Notes under the pieces: generated by a model
Database searches by the model: none
What the model saw: only the letters and a program-made list of their open reading frames with translations
Told to the model about the DNA's origin: nothing
Source: Squalus acanthias
Taxonomy: Eukaryota
DNA length: 64,000 nt
Reading direction: 5' to 3'
NCBI GenBank assembly: GCA_030390025.1
Contig: CM059433.1
Location: 2,356,001-2,420,000 of the forward strand
Program-made: the position numbers and the translations under genes
Part shown: one piece after another, positions 1-12,364 of the stretch
Numbering within the stretch: the stretch's first letter is position 1
Layout of the letters: each line of letters starts with the position of its first letter

Positions 1-134
1 ATTTCCAATAGACACTGCCTTTTCCTTCAGCCTGCAGTTCTTCACTGGCAGCTGATGTGCAGTGTACTGCCTCCGCACCCTTGTGGCACTCCCAGTGCTT
101 TAAATTATGTAAATGGCTGGCTGGCTGGCTGTCT

Positions 135-425
135 CCTTTCTCTTTCTCTCTCTTTCTCTCTTTTGTCCTTTTTCTCTCTCTCGCTCTCTCTCTGTCTCTC
201 CCTCCCTCTGTGTGTGTGTGTCTCCCTCTGTGTGTGTGTCTCCCTCTGTGTGTGTGTCTCCCTCTGTGTGTGTGTCTCCCTCTGTGTGTGTGTCTCCCTC
301 TGTGTGTGTGTGTGTCTCCCTCTGTGTGTGTGTGTCTCCCTCTGTGTGTGTCTCCCTCTGTGTGTGTGTCTCCCTCTGTGTGTGTGTCTCTGTCTCTGTC
401 TCTCCCTCTGTCTCTCTGTCTCTCA

Positions 426-456
<31 letters not shown>

Positions 457-482
457 ACTCTCTCTCTGTCTCTCACTCTCTC

Positions 483-527
<45 letters not shown>

Positions 528-556
528 GTCTCTCTGTCTCTCTCTCTCTGTCTCTA
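135..556. repeat. Compound (CT)n/(GT)n microsatellite / low-complexity tract
   Basis: Runs of TC and TG dinucleotides and repeated TCTCCCTCTG(TG)n units; overlapping ORFs are repeat artefacts. Confidence 0.97.
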
Positions 557-595
557 GCAGTCACTTGGACAAGTGTGGGTTAATTAAGGAAAGCC

Positions 596-2747
596 TGAAG
601 GGATAATTACAAGTCCTAGCCCTTTTCTGGCTACCCCAGATCAGGCGTATTCCGCAGACGTTCACCTTCAACTAAAGTTAGCGGTAGCCGAATCCTAGAA
701 ATGCTTAATTGGGTCTAAAGGTTCAGACTATCTCTCCCTAAAGGAAAGGAATGGCCTGAAGATGTTACCGTCCTCCGGATAGCACTTTTAACAAGTTTAA
801 CTAGACTGTAACCTTCCGGATATTATGAGGGTCTGAAAAAAACCCCAGAATTCTGCAACTCCTCTTAGAAGAGTGTACAGAAATTGAGTTCGCGAGTTGA
901 TACAGAAATACTCTGTGAGATAATTTTAAAAATATATAGATTTATTAAACAACCGACATTTAGTTAACAGCTGGTATGGCAATCGCAACTTTAACAGTTC
1001 AAAATACAAATAGCTTACATTTCTTATCAGAGATCCTTATTCTCAAATCTTAACTTCGTTATATTTCCACACTTCTACTTATTTTTTAATCCAGAATATC
1101 CACCAAAATCAAATACCTTGATTACCCGAGACTCAGAGTTGTAGGCCTACAGAGTGGTTCTGAAGGCGAGAATCGCTCTGCCCCTTCCCAGCGACTTCTG
1201 ACTCTCTCTCTGAAAAGCTCTATTTTTATACCTTTTTTTAGTGGTTTATCCTTTGAAGTTTTCTGCTGATGCTTTAGTCATTCTTTCTGTTGACTTCTTT
1301 CTATTCTTACTGTCATTTCAGCTGCCAACTCTTAGAATCCTGTCTGCTGTATAGGTGTTTCAAAAACTTATCATTTTTATGATTATTATCGATTTATCTA
1401 TTTGATGCTATTCTTAGGAAGTCTTTCTATTGAATTCTTAACTCCCTTTAGCTGCTTGCATTCCAGACCTCGAGTCTCCCAACTGTTCCATTTTTAATAC
1501 AAACACAATGGGCTGGATTTTGATACTGGGGCGGGTTGGGGTCGTGTCATCCACTTTTCATGTTATCCACCCGACTGCAATTGGATGTGGGAGATTGATG
1601 CAATTTTCACCTAATTGGGCAATTGAGTTCTAGCATGTGGGAACCCATGAACCAATTAGTGTTTTCAGTCTGAAAGTCGCCTTTGATGATGTCATCATTG
1701 CTGCTGCATTGAAGGTCTTCAAAGACTGCCTGGCCTTTGCTGTGAGAGGACCTGCAAAATGAGCAGCAGCAGTCCTAAGTCTGCTCCCAGATATTTTTTC
1801 ACCACCACTCCCAGATATGTCTCCTCTCCATCCATATATACATCCATCCACATATGCATCCCTATAGCCAGCCAAATGTGCTCCCCGCCAGGTTTCACAA
1901 TCGTGGTTCACAACAGGCGTGCTTCACGTAGAACAAGTGTTAAAATCACAAAGGCCTTTCAAAATGGCATTATAGAGGCAATTTAGTGCTTGTTAAGGGC
2001 CTTAACAGCCTATCCCGCCTCTTAGAGGCGGGATGGAGTCGGGACCAGCAGACACGATTTAATGAAAATTGCGTAGAGGTGGGATGAAGGCGGACTTGTG
2101 CCCGCCTGCCAGTTTTCGCAATTTTAACCCCACCACACGCCTCCAAACCCGCCTCCACGGGTCAATGAAAATCCAGCCCAATGTGATTGCTTGGTGTCAT
2201 CTATTGATATTATATCTTCAAAGTGTTCTGTTTGTACCTTTTACAATTTGTCAATCAAAAACACTTCATCTAGGGTGTTCTTTGCATTTCTTATTTACTT
2301 CAATTGGTTGTATTAAGAATCATGTCTCCTTGTTCTAAGTTTAACATAAAACTATTTTACGGCAGGTATTTCTTTTACTTGATGTCATTTTTTCAAAGGC
2401 ACTTGGTTTTTTAATGTTCTGTGCACCTGTTCGACGTGTTAGATTTTGACACTTTAAACTGGGTAATGGTATTGTGTTGTTCCAAACTGTAGACTCCTTG
2501 GAACCTACAACCCTCTGTTTTAATGAGGCCTTTGTCTTAGTATTTACAACCATTTCCCATTTCAAAGCTTGTGGTGTTTACAACTTTTGTGTTAACACTT
2601 CATCTTATCTCAGAAGCCTGTGTTCTGTTTGCAGCCTGTGTCGTTCAGGCTTTCCAGACTTTTAAACCCAGTATGTCATGTATTAATAATATCAGAAATC
2701 TGTTCATAGGATGGTGTATTTTTCTGAAATATGGCTATTCCATTACA
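596..2747 (-). mobile_element. Probable solo LTR (TG...CA) with 4-bp TSD AGCC
   Basis: Starts TGAAGGGA at 596 and ends TCCATTACA at 2747; AGCC at 592-595 and 2748-2751; removal restores the CR1 frame; minus-strand TATAAAAATA (1221-1230) lies upstream of AATAAA (941-946). Confidence 0.8.
1510..2179. mobile_element. Harbinger-type MITE nested in the solo LTR
   Basis: TIRs GGGCTGGATTTT / AAAATCCAGCCC; 3-bp TSD AAT (1507-1509, 2180-2182); related copy at 29874-30664. Confidence 0.88.
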
Positions 2748-4031
2748 AGCCAGCATGGATTTGTTAAAGGCAAATTGTGTTTAATTAACTTGAATGAGTT
2801 CTTTGATGAGGTAATAGAGAGGGTTGATGAGGACAATGCGGTTGACGTGGTGTATATGGATTTCCAAAAGGCGTTTGATAAAGTGCCACATAATAGGCTT
2901 GCCAGCAAAGTTGAAGCCCATGGGATAAAAGGGTCAGTGGCAGCATGGATACAGAATTGGCTAGGTGACGGGAAGAGAGTAGTGGTGAACGGTTGTTTTT
3001 CAGACTGGAGGAAGGTACACAGTGGTGTTCCCCAGGGGTCGGGTCTAGGACCACTGCTTTTCTTGATATATATTAATGACTTGGACGTGGGTGTACAGGG
3101 CACAATTTCAAAGTTTGCAGATGACACAAAACTTGGAAGTATAGTGAACAGTGAGGAGGATAGTGATAGCCTTCAGGAAGACAGACAGGCTGGTGGAATG
3201 GGCGGACACGTGGCAGATGAAATTTAACGCAGAAAAGTGTAAAGTGATACAATTTGGTAGAAAGAATGAGGAGAGGAAATATAAACAAAGGGTACAATCC
3301 TGAAGGGGGTGCATGAACAGAGAGACCTGGGGGTATATATGCACAAATCGTTGAAGGTGGCAGGGCAGGTTGAGAAAGCGGTTAAAAGAGCATATGGAAT
3401 CCTGGGCTTCATGAATAGAGGCAGAGAGTACAAAAGTGTGGAAATTATGATGAACTTTTATAAAACACTGGTTCGACCCCAGCTGAAGTAGTGTGTCCAA
3501 TTCTGGGCACCACACTTTAGGAAGGACATGAAGGCCTTAGAGAGGGTGCAGAAAAGATTTATGAGAATGATTCCAGGAATGAGGGACTTCAGTTACGTGG
3601 ATAGACTAGAGAAGCTGGGCTTGTTCTCCTTAGAGCAGAGAAGATTGAGAGGAGATTTGATAGAGGTGTTCAAAATCATGAGGGGTCTAGACAGAGTAGA
3701 TAGAGAGAAACTGTTCCCATTGGCAGATGGGTTGAGAACCAGAGGACACAGATTTAAGGTGAGTGGCAAAAGAACCAAAGGCGACATAAGAAAAACTTTT
3801 TTATGCAGTGAGTGGTTAGGTTCTGGAATGCACTGCCTGAAAGGGTGGTGGAGGCAGATTCAATAACTGCTTTCAACAGGGAGTTGGATAAGTAGTATGA
3901 AGGAAAAAACATTTGCAGAGCTCTGGGAAAGGGTGGGGGAGTGGGACTAGCTGAAGTGCTCTTGCAGAGAGTCGGCACGGGCTCGACGGGCCGAATGGCC
4001 TCCCTCTGTGCTGTAACCATTCGATGATTCT

Positions 4032-4235
4032 ATAACCTTGGTTAGACCATACTTGGAGTAGTGTGAACAGTTCTGGTCTCCATATTATAAAAAAAGATAT
4101 GGAGGCACTGGAGAAGGTGCAAAAACAATTTACTGGAATGATCCCAGAACTGAGTGTTACAACTATGAGGAAAGGCTGAACAGACTGGGGTTCTTTTCTC
4201 TTTTTTTTTAAAAAAAGAGAAGGCTGAGGTGTGAC
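4032..4235 (+). mobile_element. Short CR1 ORF2 C-terminal fragment
   Basis: Degenerate LVRPxLE...ALEKVQK coding sequence similar to other CR1 copies in the window. Confidence 0.75.
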
Positions 4236-4929
4236 CCGAAATTTGTGGTCAGCAGCGAAGTGAAGGTGTCCGCTGCTGGCCCTGAAGGATCTCTCAGTCC
4301 CTGTGTTGAGAACTTCAGGTTTTCTGACCTTCAATTCAACTCAACGGAACTTAATGGGGATTCCCTTGTGCGAGCTGCTGTGACATCAACAGGCTGTCTA
4401 AGCAGCCAATCAAAAGGAGGAATTCTCACACAGTGAACCAGGAAGTGTGTAAGCTCTTAAAATTTGAACTTTTTTAAATAGTTAGAGAGAGGAAAAGGAA
4501 GATTGTGGTTATCACATGGGGAAAAGGCAAACCTGAAAAAGATGGACAAACTTAAAAAAAAAAATTAAATAAAATTTTTTTTTGAAAAGTTTCTTCAATT
4601 TAAATTTTATTAAAATGAACAAATTTCACACTGCACAAAATTAAAATCAGTTATCCAGGCCCTTAACATTTGTTTAGCAGTCAATATGCTGTTCGAACCC
4701 CAGCTACACCTAATCCCTTTGGGTCTAACTTTTAGTGGGGAATTTAACAGCATAATTACTGCGGAAGAGCCGAAGTTTTCGTCAGTTTCTTGTAAGTTGA
4801 AAGTTGTTCAAATAGTACTGCTGTAAAAATGGGATACAGTTTTCACTAACAATCAAATAGGTTTTGTGACTGACACCTGCTTCATGTTTTGTTCTGAAGT
4901 AAAAGGTATGAAACACAAATGAAGAATAT

Positions 4930-6720
4930 GGCCGGAATGTTGCCGGCGCTCAGCGGACGGGATGGGTGGCGGGTCAGCTGTTAAATTTAAAATGATTGAC
5001 AGAGGATCGGGAACCCGCTGTCAAAACCAACACTGGACTTTCCCAATGTCGGGTCTGTCAGCGCTGAGCAGACCCGACACGCAGTGGCGGGGGAGGCAAT
5101 TAAAATCATTAGTGGCCTGTTTACAGCCACTTATCAATGGTTTTTTCCCAGCTTTTTGGATTTGACCGGTCTCCCACCGCATTCCCGCTGTGCCTAGACC
5201 TCGTCTGTGAAGCTGAGGCGGGAGGTCAGTGGCCATTGAATCAGCTGATGAGTTGACAGCTTCAAATGTCAAGTCAAAACTCCCAGCTGATTGAGAAATG
5301 TTCCCTTAACCACTAGCTTCTCTAAATTGCATTTCCATTACAGTTTCAGGATGCTACAAGTCTTTACACAAGTCTCCATCCAGTCTGACCTCATTACCTC
5401 TCCCACCATTGACCGATCGCTTCTGTCATCTCTGCTTCACCTGCCATCTATTCCATCAGCATGGGTGCCCTTGAAACTCTCTCACCTTTGTCCTCAGAAT
5501 CCCACCACAATCAGCTCCAACACCAGCAGCACCAGGCACACCAGCAGCACCAACAACAACAACACCAACCTTCTCCGCAATCACCTGATGCTGCACAAGA
5601 CAGAGGGCATCAGCACCCGACCACATTGCTGCCCGGGAGGCCATGGATGGCCTCACCATGGCCACATTTACTTCACTTGATGCTGTACACCCTGGCTGCC
5701 ACATGATGCGCCAGGTTGGCACCACCCCACACCAACAGCATAAAGCATCCCTACAATGACCAAGCCATTCCTTTCACACTCATCACCATTGCTGGGGGTA
5801 CCGTTATGTCTCACCATTCACTGCAACTCACTAAGCCATTTCCAAAGGTGCACACAAATCTGTCCAAGAACGCAAAGTGTTGAAAATAAAGATCTCAATG
5901 TTTGACACCACATTAACAGACACTTCACATGAACATTGGCTAAAACACCCAAGTTACCTACCCTTGTGTGTTGTTAGTTGGTATGATTGCACTAGGATGA
6001 GGGTGAGTGTGAGGGGTGGCTTGTGAGATTGGGATGTGATAATGTAGATAGAGAGGGATGGGTGGAGGTGCAAGGTAAGTTGATGTGAGTAAGGATGTGC
6101 AGGGGTAGGGTAGGGAAGGCAGAGTGATGGGGATGTGATGAGAGGCACAGCAGGATGAAGGTGAGTGTGGCTTTGCAGTAACATTTCATGATCTACTGAG
6201 ATCATTGAAAGGTTTGCGCCGCTGCAGCCTGGTCCTCCTGACCACATCCCTGCTTGTGCCTTCCTCTGCAATGTGCAACCAGGCTGCGTTGGTGTCCTGG
6301 GGACATCTCTTCCGCCCATGGGAAGGGAAGAGGACCTCCCTGCGTGCTGTGACTCCCTCCATAAGCATATGGAGGGAGTCATGGGAGAGCCTGGGTGCAG
6401 CCGTGAACCTTTGTGCAGTGCTTGTCAGTGTTTGCAGCACCTCAATGCTGTAGAACACTGACAGCTCAACTGTCAAAATGATTGTGGACACGGTCCCTTT
6501 AAGCAAACCGGCTGATGACGTGTCATCAAATGATGTCACCAGACCCACTTCCTCTAATTGGCCGGGAAACGCGCTGGGCGGGGCTTAACAAGCCCAATCA
6601 ATGGAAAATTCATTTCAGAGGCCGGGATGGAGACAGCAGCAGGGTCGGGACCCGCCACCGACGTCGCCCTCCACGGACCTGCCGAGGTTTGTAAAATCGC
6701 GGTTCGTAAAATCAAGGACT
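4930..6720 (-). mobile_element. Degenerate Harbinger-derived element with a Myb/SANT-like exon remnant
   Basis: ORF 6186-6548 encodes APRLSHDSLHMLMEGVTARREVLFP...AAWLHIAEE...RKPFNDL, homologous to exon 1 of the Myb/SANT gene at 45021; GC-rich subterminal regions; ends approximate. Confidence 0.75.
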
Positions 6721-8737
6721 AATTGTTCCTTGTTTCCCATATGCTAAAGTGCTGATCTGATCTTCGCATTTGATCAGATTGTATTTATGTAAGTGTAAAA
6801 AGCCTTCAAATCTCATGCTTCATAAGAGATGCAATCAAAAAGTGGATAATTCAACACTGTATTAAAATGGCGTAAAGCAAGATAATAGACAGCTCAACTT
6901 CTTACACTGGAGCATGAAATTAATTTCTATGTAGATGACTGTGTATCAGGTCCAGCACAACACAAGACTCCTCTACCCCTTTCAAATCTGGAGCCCCCGC
7001 TATTTACACTTTTCTCCTTAGTGAATAAAATCTCTCAGAAAATGTTATTAAAAAAGACAAAAAGGCACTTGTTATATTTATTATAGTGCAGTTTAAGACC
7101 ATTTAAAAAGCATAATTTGGTATTTATACGAGTAAAAATCCATTACTACAGAAAGGTGAATGTTGTAACGCTTTACCATTTAAAGCAGTGAATATACTGA
7201 ATTACCTGCTGCAAAATGCATTTCTCTTATTATTCCAGGTTGGCAGCACTTGCACAGAGCTGCTGCATTTGCCTACATAATAAATGACTCCACGTCAAGG
7301 TAATCTATTGTATATGAAGTGAGAAACATGATGAGGCAAGGTATTAGAGGACAGAGGAGAAGCCGCTTAAGTAATATTATTTTTTAATGAACCAAACTCT
7401 GGATTAAATGTTTATTAAAGTTTCATTTTAAACGATCAGAAAATAAAGTTTTGCTTTTGTTTTATCGATCCCCTTGCACGTCTTACGGCTTGTGCGATTT
7501 TTTATTTTATTTTTTTGAAATTTTATTTGGCAAAATGGGTAACCGAGTGGAAAAAATCTAACGTGCCATGGCTCATCAGGTACTGAATCTGACTGCTAAC
7601 ACTGGCTTAAAAAATGAAGTCGAATTTTAACACTGCAAGTTGAGGCTACATTGTCTTTCCCCATTTAACTCTTTCTTTAACCAATTCAAAATGAGGGACT
7701 GCATATTAAATAGCTCCATCACGGATTCAAATGAAAGTAATGACCAATATATTTATCTGGAAATAGATTTGAGGTTCTATGTTATTTAGTTCCTGTCCGC
7801 ACTATGGCAGTACAGTATTTCTTACTTTGTAATTTAAGTGGAGATTATTTGCTAAAACCAATGGCTGAAATAATTGGAAGCCCAGCGGTTACATTGGTAT
7901 TCACACACATTGAAGTGTGCATAATTTAGTTTGCAGTTCCTTGTCGGTATTGGATTTGTGCTTTTTAAGTGTATGCGTGGGTCTGTGATGAAGGCACGTG
8001 GGCAGTTTTCAGATAAATCACAGGGCTTTGACTATCAAGGTCGGGGAAGGTAGCACAAGAATGAGATACTACCAGCTCAAGAACATCTGATCTCCAGACA
8101 CAGGGCAGGGCATGGAAATGGAGAATGATTTAAAAAAAAATGCACTTTGATTGTTGATCTGTTAAAATATTCTGTTCAAGGAATATGTTCATGCAAATTC
8201 ACAGATCCGTGCTAACCTGCTACAAAGCCAAATTGTGTTTTCTGTTCAAGTACAATGTCTGTTACGGTGTTTAAACAATTAATATGCATCACAGTGTAAA
8301 CTTGCAGATCAAACAAAAATGCAAAATGTGCATCTGTAAAACTGACAACTGGTGTTAAATGTGAAAGACACGAAGTATGTGCTGTAATAAAAATCTATTT
8401 TTGCCATTATCATGTCTCTTATTCCGCTGGAACAAGGGTGGTGGTAAGAATGCTTATTTTCAAAGCTCACGACTGACCAGGCTAAGGAAAGTTTTGACAT
8501 TGCCCAAACATGGAGAGGGAGAATGAGGGAATGCGACCCCTCTTTCCGCGCCCCCCCCCCCCCCCACAAATCTTATTGGAAATTGGTTATGTTGCCTCCA
8601 CTCCCCTTCAAAATTAGGAATTGTCTCTGATGTTCAGCCAACTCCGCTGTTGACTCTTGGACACGTTTTGTTCATGGGTAACTTATTTATTGTATAATAT
8701 ATATGGATATAGGTCAGCAGTGAAGAGGCAGTTACAT

Positions 8738-8929
8738 TAGAAACATAGAAACATAGAAGATAGGAGCAGGAGTAGGCCATTCGGCCCCTCGAGCCTGCTC
8801 CGCCATTCAATGCGATCATGGCTGATCATCCAAATTCAGTACCCTGTCCCTGCCTTCTCCCCATATCCCTTGATCCCCTTAGCCTTAAGAAATATATCTA
8901 ACTCCTTCTTGAATATATTTAATGAATTG
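8738..8929 (-). mobile_element. CR1 LINE 3'-end fragment
   Basis: agaaacatagaaacatagaagataggagcaggagtaggccattcggcccc... is near-identical to the tails at 23234, 24481 and 49195. Confidence 0.9.
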
Positions 8930-9065
8930 AGAATGTAGTCTTGGATTATTTCTTCCATACAGAATGAAGCTTCTGTTTAATAATATGTAGAAATAAAAGC
9001 TTTTTCATCTAGTAATGTTGAGTAATATAGAACAGATCAATAAATAAGTGCAGTAATTCATTTAT

Positions 9066-9378
9066 GGCAGCACAGTAGGGTAATGGCTCTGGTACCGGAC
9101 TAGCAATTCCGAGGTCATGAGTTCAAATCCCACTTTAGCAGATTATGAAATGTAATTAAATAAATGTGGTAATTTGTGGGCACCAGGAAACAAAGAATGA
9201 CCATGAAAGCAGTAGAGTTATCATAAAATCCAACTGGTTCACCAGTGGCCTTCAGGGAAGGGAAACTGCCATCCCTACTTGGTCTGGTGCACACACTATG
9301 TGGTTGACTATTAATGCCCTCTGAAGTGCCACCTTCTCCGGTTGTGCCAGTGTTGCCCACACCTTGAGAACAAATTCA
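9066..9378 (+). mobile_element. tRNA-derived SINE whose 3' tail resembles the LINE at 17288-18716
   Basis: B-box-like GAGTTCAAATCC; tail gccagtgttgcccacacc...aacaaatt resembles the LINE end gccagcgacgcccacatcc...aacaaatt. Confidence 0.6.
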
Positions 9379-9783
9379 ACAAAAGTAGAGTACACATGTG
9401 CTATATTCAGTATGGGCACAGAAGTCATTCTAGCATCATTGTTGTGGAATCAAACTACAATGTGGAGCTCCGAATGCAGTGATATAGAGAAGTGCTCCGA
9501 GGATCATTAAGTACACTTTGGTACGGCCATAAATGAATAACCTTTCTAGCTTCATTTACTTCTGTTACCTAAATTTAGTGTAAACTTTAAGATATGACAT
9601 TTCACGCAAATGCGCACCTAATTTCAATTAATATTAAAACAGGTTTCTGCTGCCTTGAGCTATTTTTTGGTTCTGTGATTTTGTATATTTAATGTTTTGA
9701 ATTCCAGAATGCAGTCGCATTAGGAGTGGGTCTCTGAAGATACAAGAATACAATAACAGAGCTCTCGGATAATACTCTGATAA

Positions 9784-10040
9784 TCTGTTATGTTGATTGA
9801 GGGATAAATATTGGCCAGGACACCCCTGCTCTTCTTTGAAATAGTGCCATGGGATCTTTTACGTCCACCTGAGAGAGCAGACGGGGCCTCGATTTAACGT
9901 CTCATCCAAAAGACGGCACCTCCGACAGTGCAGCACTCCCTCAGCACTGCACTGGAGTGTCAGCCTAGACTTTTGTGCTCAAGTGTCTGGAGTGGGACTT
10001 GAACCCACAACCTTCTGACTCAGAGGCAAGTGTGCTACCC
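9784..10040 (-). mobile_element. tRNA-derived SINE (Deu-domain/SacSINE1-like), 5' part
   Basis: Reverse strand reads gtgtcagctgtggctcagagggtagcac (A box) ... gggttcaagtccc (B box); homologous to copies at 11305, 35481 and 49810. Confidence 0.85.
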
Positions 10041-10686
10041 TCTGAGCCACAGCTGACACTAGGCAAGGCAAAAAAGGTAATTGGCATCTTTTTTTAAAAA
10101 AACAAGTTGCCAATGAATCCTCTGGGTTGGAGGCCTGTCTTTGGACAGTAGCCAGATGCCATTACTGCTGCTGTAGGCCACTCTGTGGGTGTGAAGGGTG
10201 GGTAGGAGGAATATTGGAGCTGAGCTCTCTTATCCACGCGGGGAGGAAATTTTACAGATTCTGGGGAGAGAGCCAGCAAGACTGTTGGAGATGAAGCAGT
10301 AGAAGGGAAGGTGCCAATTGAGGGTGTGTCAGGACATTATGCTTCCTCCTATTGTACGCTTCACAAATTAACACTGATCCATTTATTAAACCCTAATGTC
10401 ACTCCTTCAACTGAAAGTGATATGTGAGCTCCACTCCTCCAGAAACCATTGTCGCCTCTTTTCTCTCTCTAGATCTGCCATAGCATGAGAAGGATGCAGG
10501 CGCTCTTGCATCTGTGAATGACGGTATTTCACAGCATACACACGCACTCACATTTTATCCCCTAAATGCAGCCTAGAGACATCTACCCCCTGGGAGTTAT
10601 ATGGTGAGGAAAAGAGGAGTGCACAAGAAATGGGACGAACACAGAACCAGTGAACGAGAACAGCAGATGTTGACACATGAAGAGAG

Positions 10687-11114
10687 GGGCAACACGGTGG
10701 CATAGTGGTTAGCACTGGTGCCTCACAGCGCCAGAGACCCGGGTTCGAATCTGACCTCGGGTGACTGTCTGTGTGGAGTTTGCACATTCTCCCCGTGTCT
10801 GCGTGGGTTTCCTCCGGGTGCTCCGGTTTCCTCCCACAGTCCAAAAATGTGTGGGTTAGGTTGATTTGGCTATGATAAATTGACCCTTAGTGTTAGGGGG
10901 GATTAAATATGTGGGGTTATGGGGATAGGATGGGATATGTTAGGGGGAATTAAATACGTGGGGTTACGGGGGTAGGGTGGGATATGTGTACTGTGGGGAT
11001 TAAAGCAGGGACAGGGTACTGGATTTGGATGATCAGCCATGATCGTATTGAATGGCGGAGCAGGCTCGACGGGCCGAATGGCCTATTCCTGCTCCTAGAT
11101 TCTATGTTTCTATG
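10687..11114 (+). mobile_element. V-SINE (HE1-like): tRNA head, V domain, CR1-derived 3' tail
   Basis: A box TGGCATAGTGG, B box GGTTCGAATC, V-domain core tgtgtggagtttgcacattctccccgtgtctgcgtgggtttcctccgggtgctccggtttcctccc; tail shared with CR1 3' ends in this window. Confidence 0.92.
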
Positions 11115-11304
11115 ATGTTGCTGGCCAGAGCTTCTGGAGTCATCACTCCCTGGCTAAAGAGCCTGGGAATCTGCCGACCCTGCATTTAAAAGAATGATGT
11201 TCACAAGAGCGCCACAGATTGATGTAGGCATTGGGGGCTGTATCAGACAGTGCACTGTACATAGCGGTTTGAGTGGAGGAGTCCACCATAACATATTGGA
11301 TGAC

Positions 11305-11745
11305 AAAGGTAGTAGAATTCTTGTCCCTGAGTCAGAAGGTCGTGGGTTCAAGCCCCACTCTAGACACTTGAGCACGTAATGTAGGCTGACACATGCAGTA
11401 CTGAGGGAGTGCTGCATTGTTGAAAGTGCTGTCTCTCAGATGAGGTGTTAATCCAAGGCCTCTGTCTCCCCTCTCAGGTGCACAAGCAAGATCCCATGAC
11501 ATATTATAAAAAAGAATGGTTGTCCCAATGTCCTGGCCAATATTTATTCCTCAGCCAGCATCACTTAAAAAAAAATTATCTGGTCATTTATCTTATTGCT
11601 GTTTGTGGGACCTTGCTTGAATTGGGTGCTGTGTTTCCCTATATTACAACAGTGACTATAATTCAAAAGTACTTAATTGGCTGTAAAACACTTTGAGACA
11701 TCTTAAGGTCTTGATAGGCGTTATATAAATAAAAGGTCTTTCTTT
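11305..11745 (+). mobile_element. Deu-domain/SacSINE1-like SINE, nearly full length, degenerate
   Basis: B box GGTTCAAGCCC; body and tail homologous to the 9784 and 35481 copies. Confidence 0.8.
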
Positions 11746-12364
11746 TTTATTTAACAGCATCTCGGTCCACCATGGAGCATATGCCAGATCCAGGAACATC
11801 TATAGTGAAGACCTCCGTGACACAGGCTCTCCGCAGTCTTGGTTCTTGCGTGGATGCTCAGACTGAAGCCAAAGAGGCCTCCGGTGCCTGGTTGGAGAGG
11901 GCTGCTCTTCTGGTTTGAACAAGCATGGCATCACACAGGGCACTACTGATCTCATTGGGACCATTAGGTCTGCTTTCCTGCAAATCAGTGGTCATACAGA
12001 GCTAGTGGCCAGTACTAGTGGCATGATAGGATGGTGCATGATAGTACTATCTCTCAGGATAGCAGCACATGTATGCCCTCCCACTAACCCACCCTCCCTC
12101 TGATGCCTTGCAGAAAGGAGGGAAGGCCAGATGCAGCCTTCAGCAGGACCTAGTTCCTGTGAGATGAGGACCACCTCAGTCCCAAATGGCCAACCACACG
12201 TACTCCTATCACGAGGATAGTAGCTAGGAGGAGCACTAGATTAGGTTCAAGAGTTTAAACATCACACCTTGGCACCAAGGGGGAGAATGGTGATAAGAAG
12301 AAGTAGCTACATAAGGGTTGTAAACAAAATTAACGGGAGCACTAAAGTTGTGAGTGCAGATATT

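Larger units (their letters stand above)
557..4031 (+). mobile_element. 5'-truncated CR1 LINE (RT region plus 3' tail), split by an LTR-like insertion at 596-2747
   Basis: SHLDKCGLIKES (557-595) continues as QHGFVKGK after 2748; RT motifs [19 protein letters not shown] and SKFADDTKL; stops and frameshifts; tail ends ...ctgtgctgtaaccattcgatgattct. Confidence 0.93.

Noticed and set aside
55..606. Long Ser/Leu/Cys/Val and Glu/Arg ORFs
   Set aside because: Translations of a dinucleotide microsatellite.
5456..5725. Gln/His-rich ORF
   Set aside because: Low-complexity CAG/CAA tract inside a decayed Harbinger-derived element.
7225..7345. Apparent small exon (TTCCAG...GTAATC)
   Set aside because: The sequence resembles a decayed SINE 3' region; no recognisable peptide.
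10687..10760. tRNA gene
   Set aside because: A and B boxes are followed by a V domain and LINE tail, so this is a SINE head.
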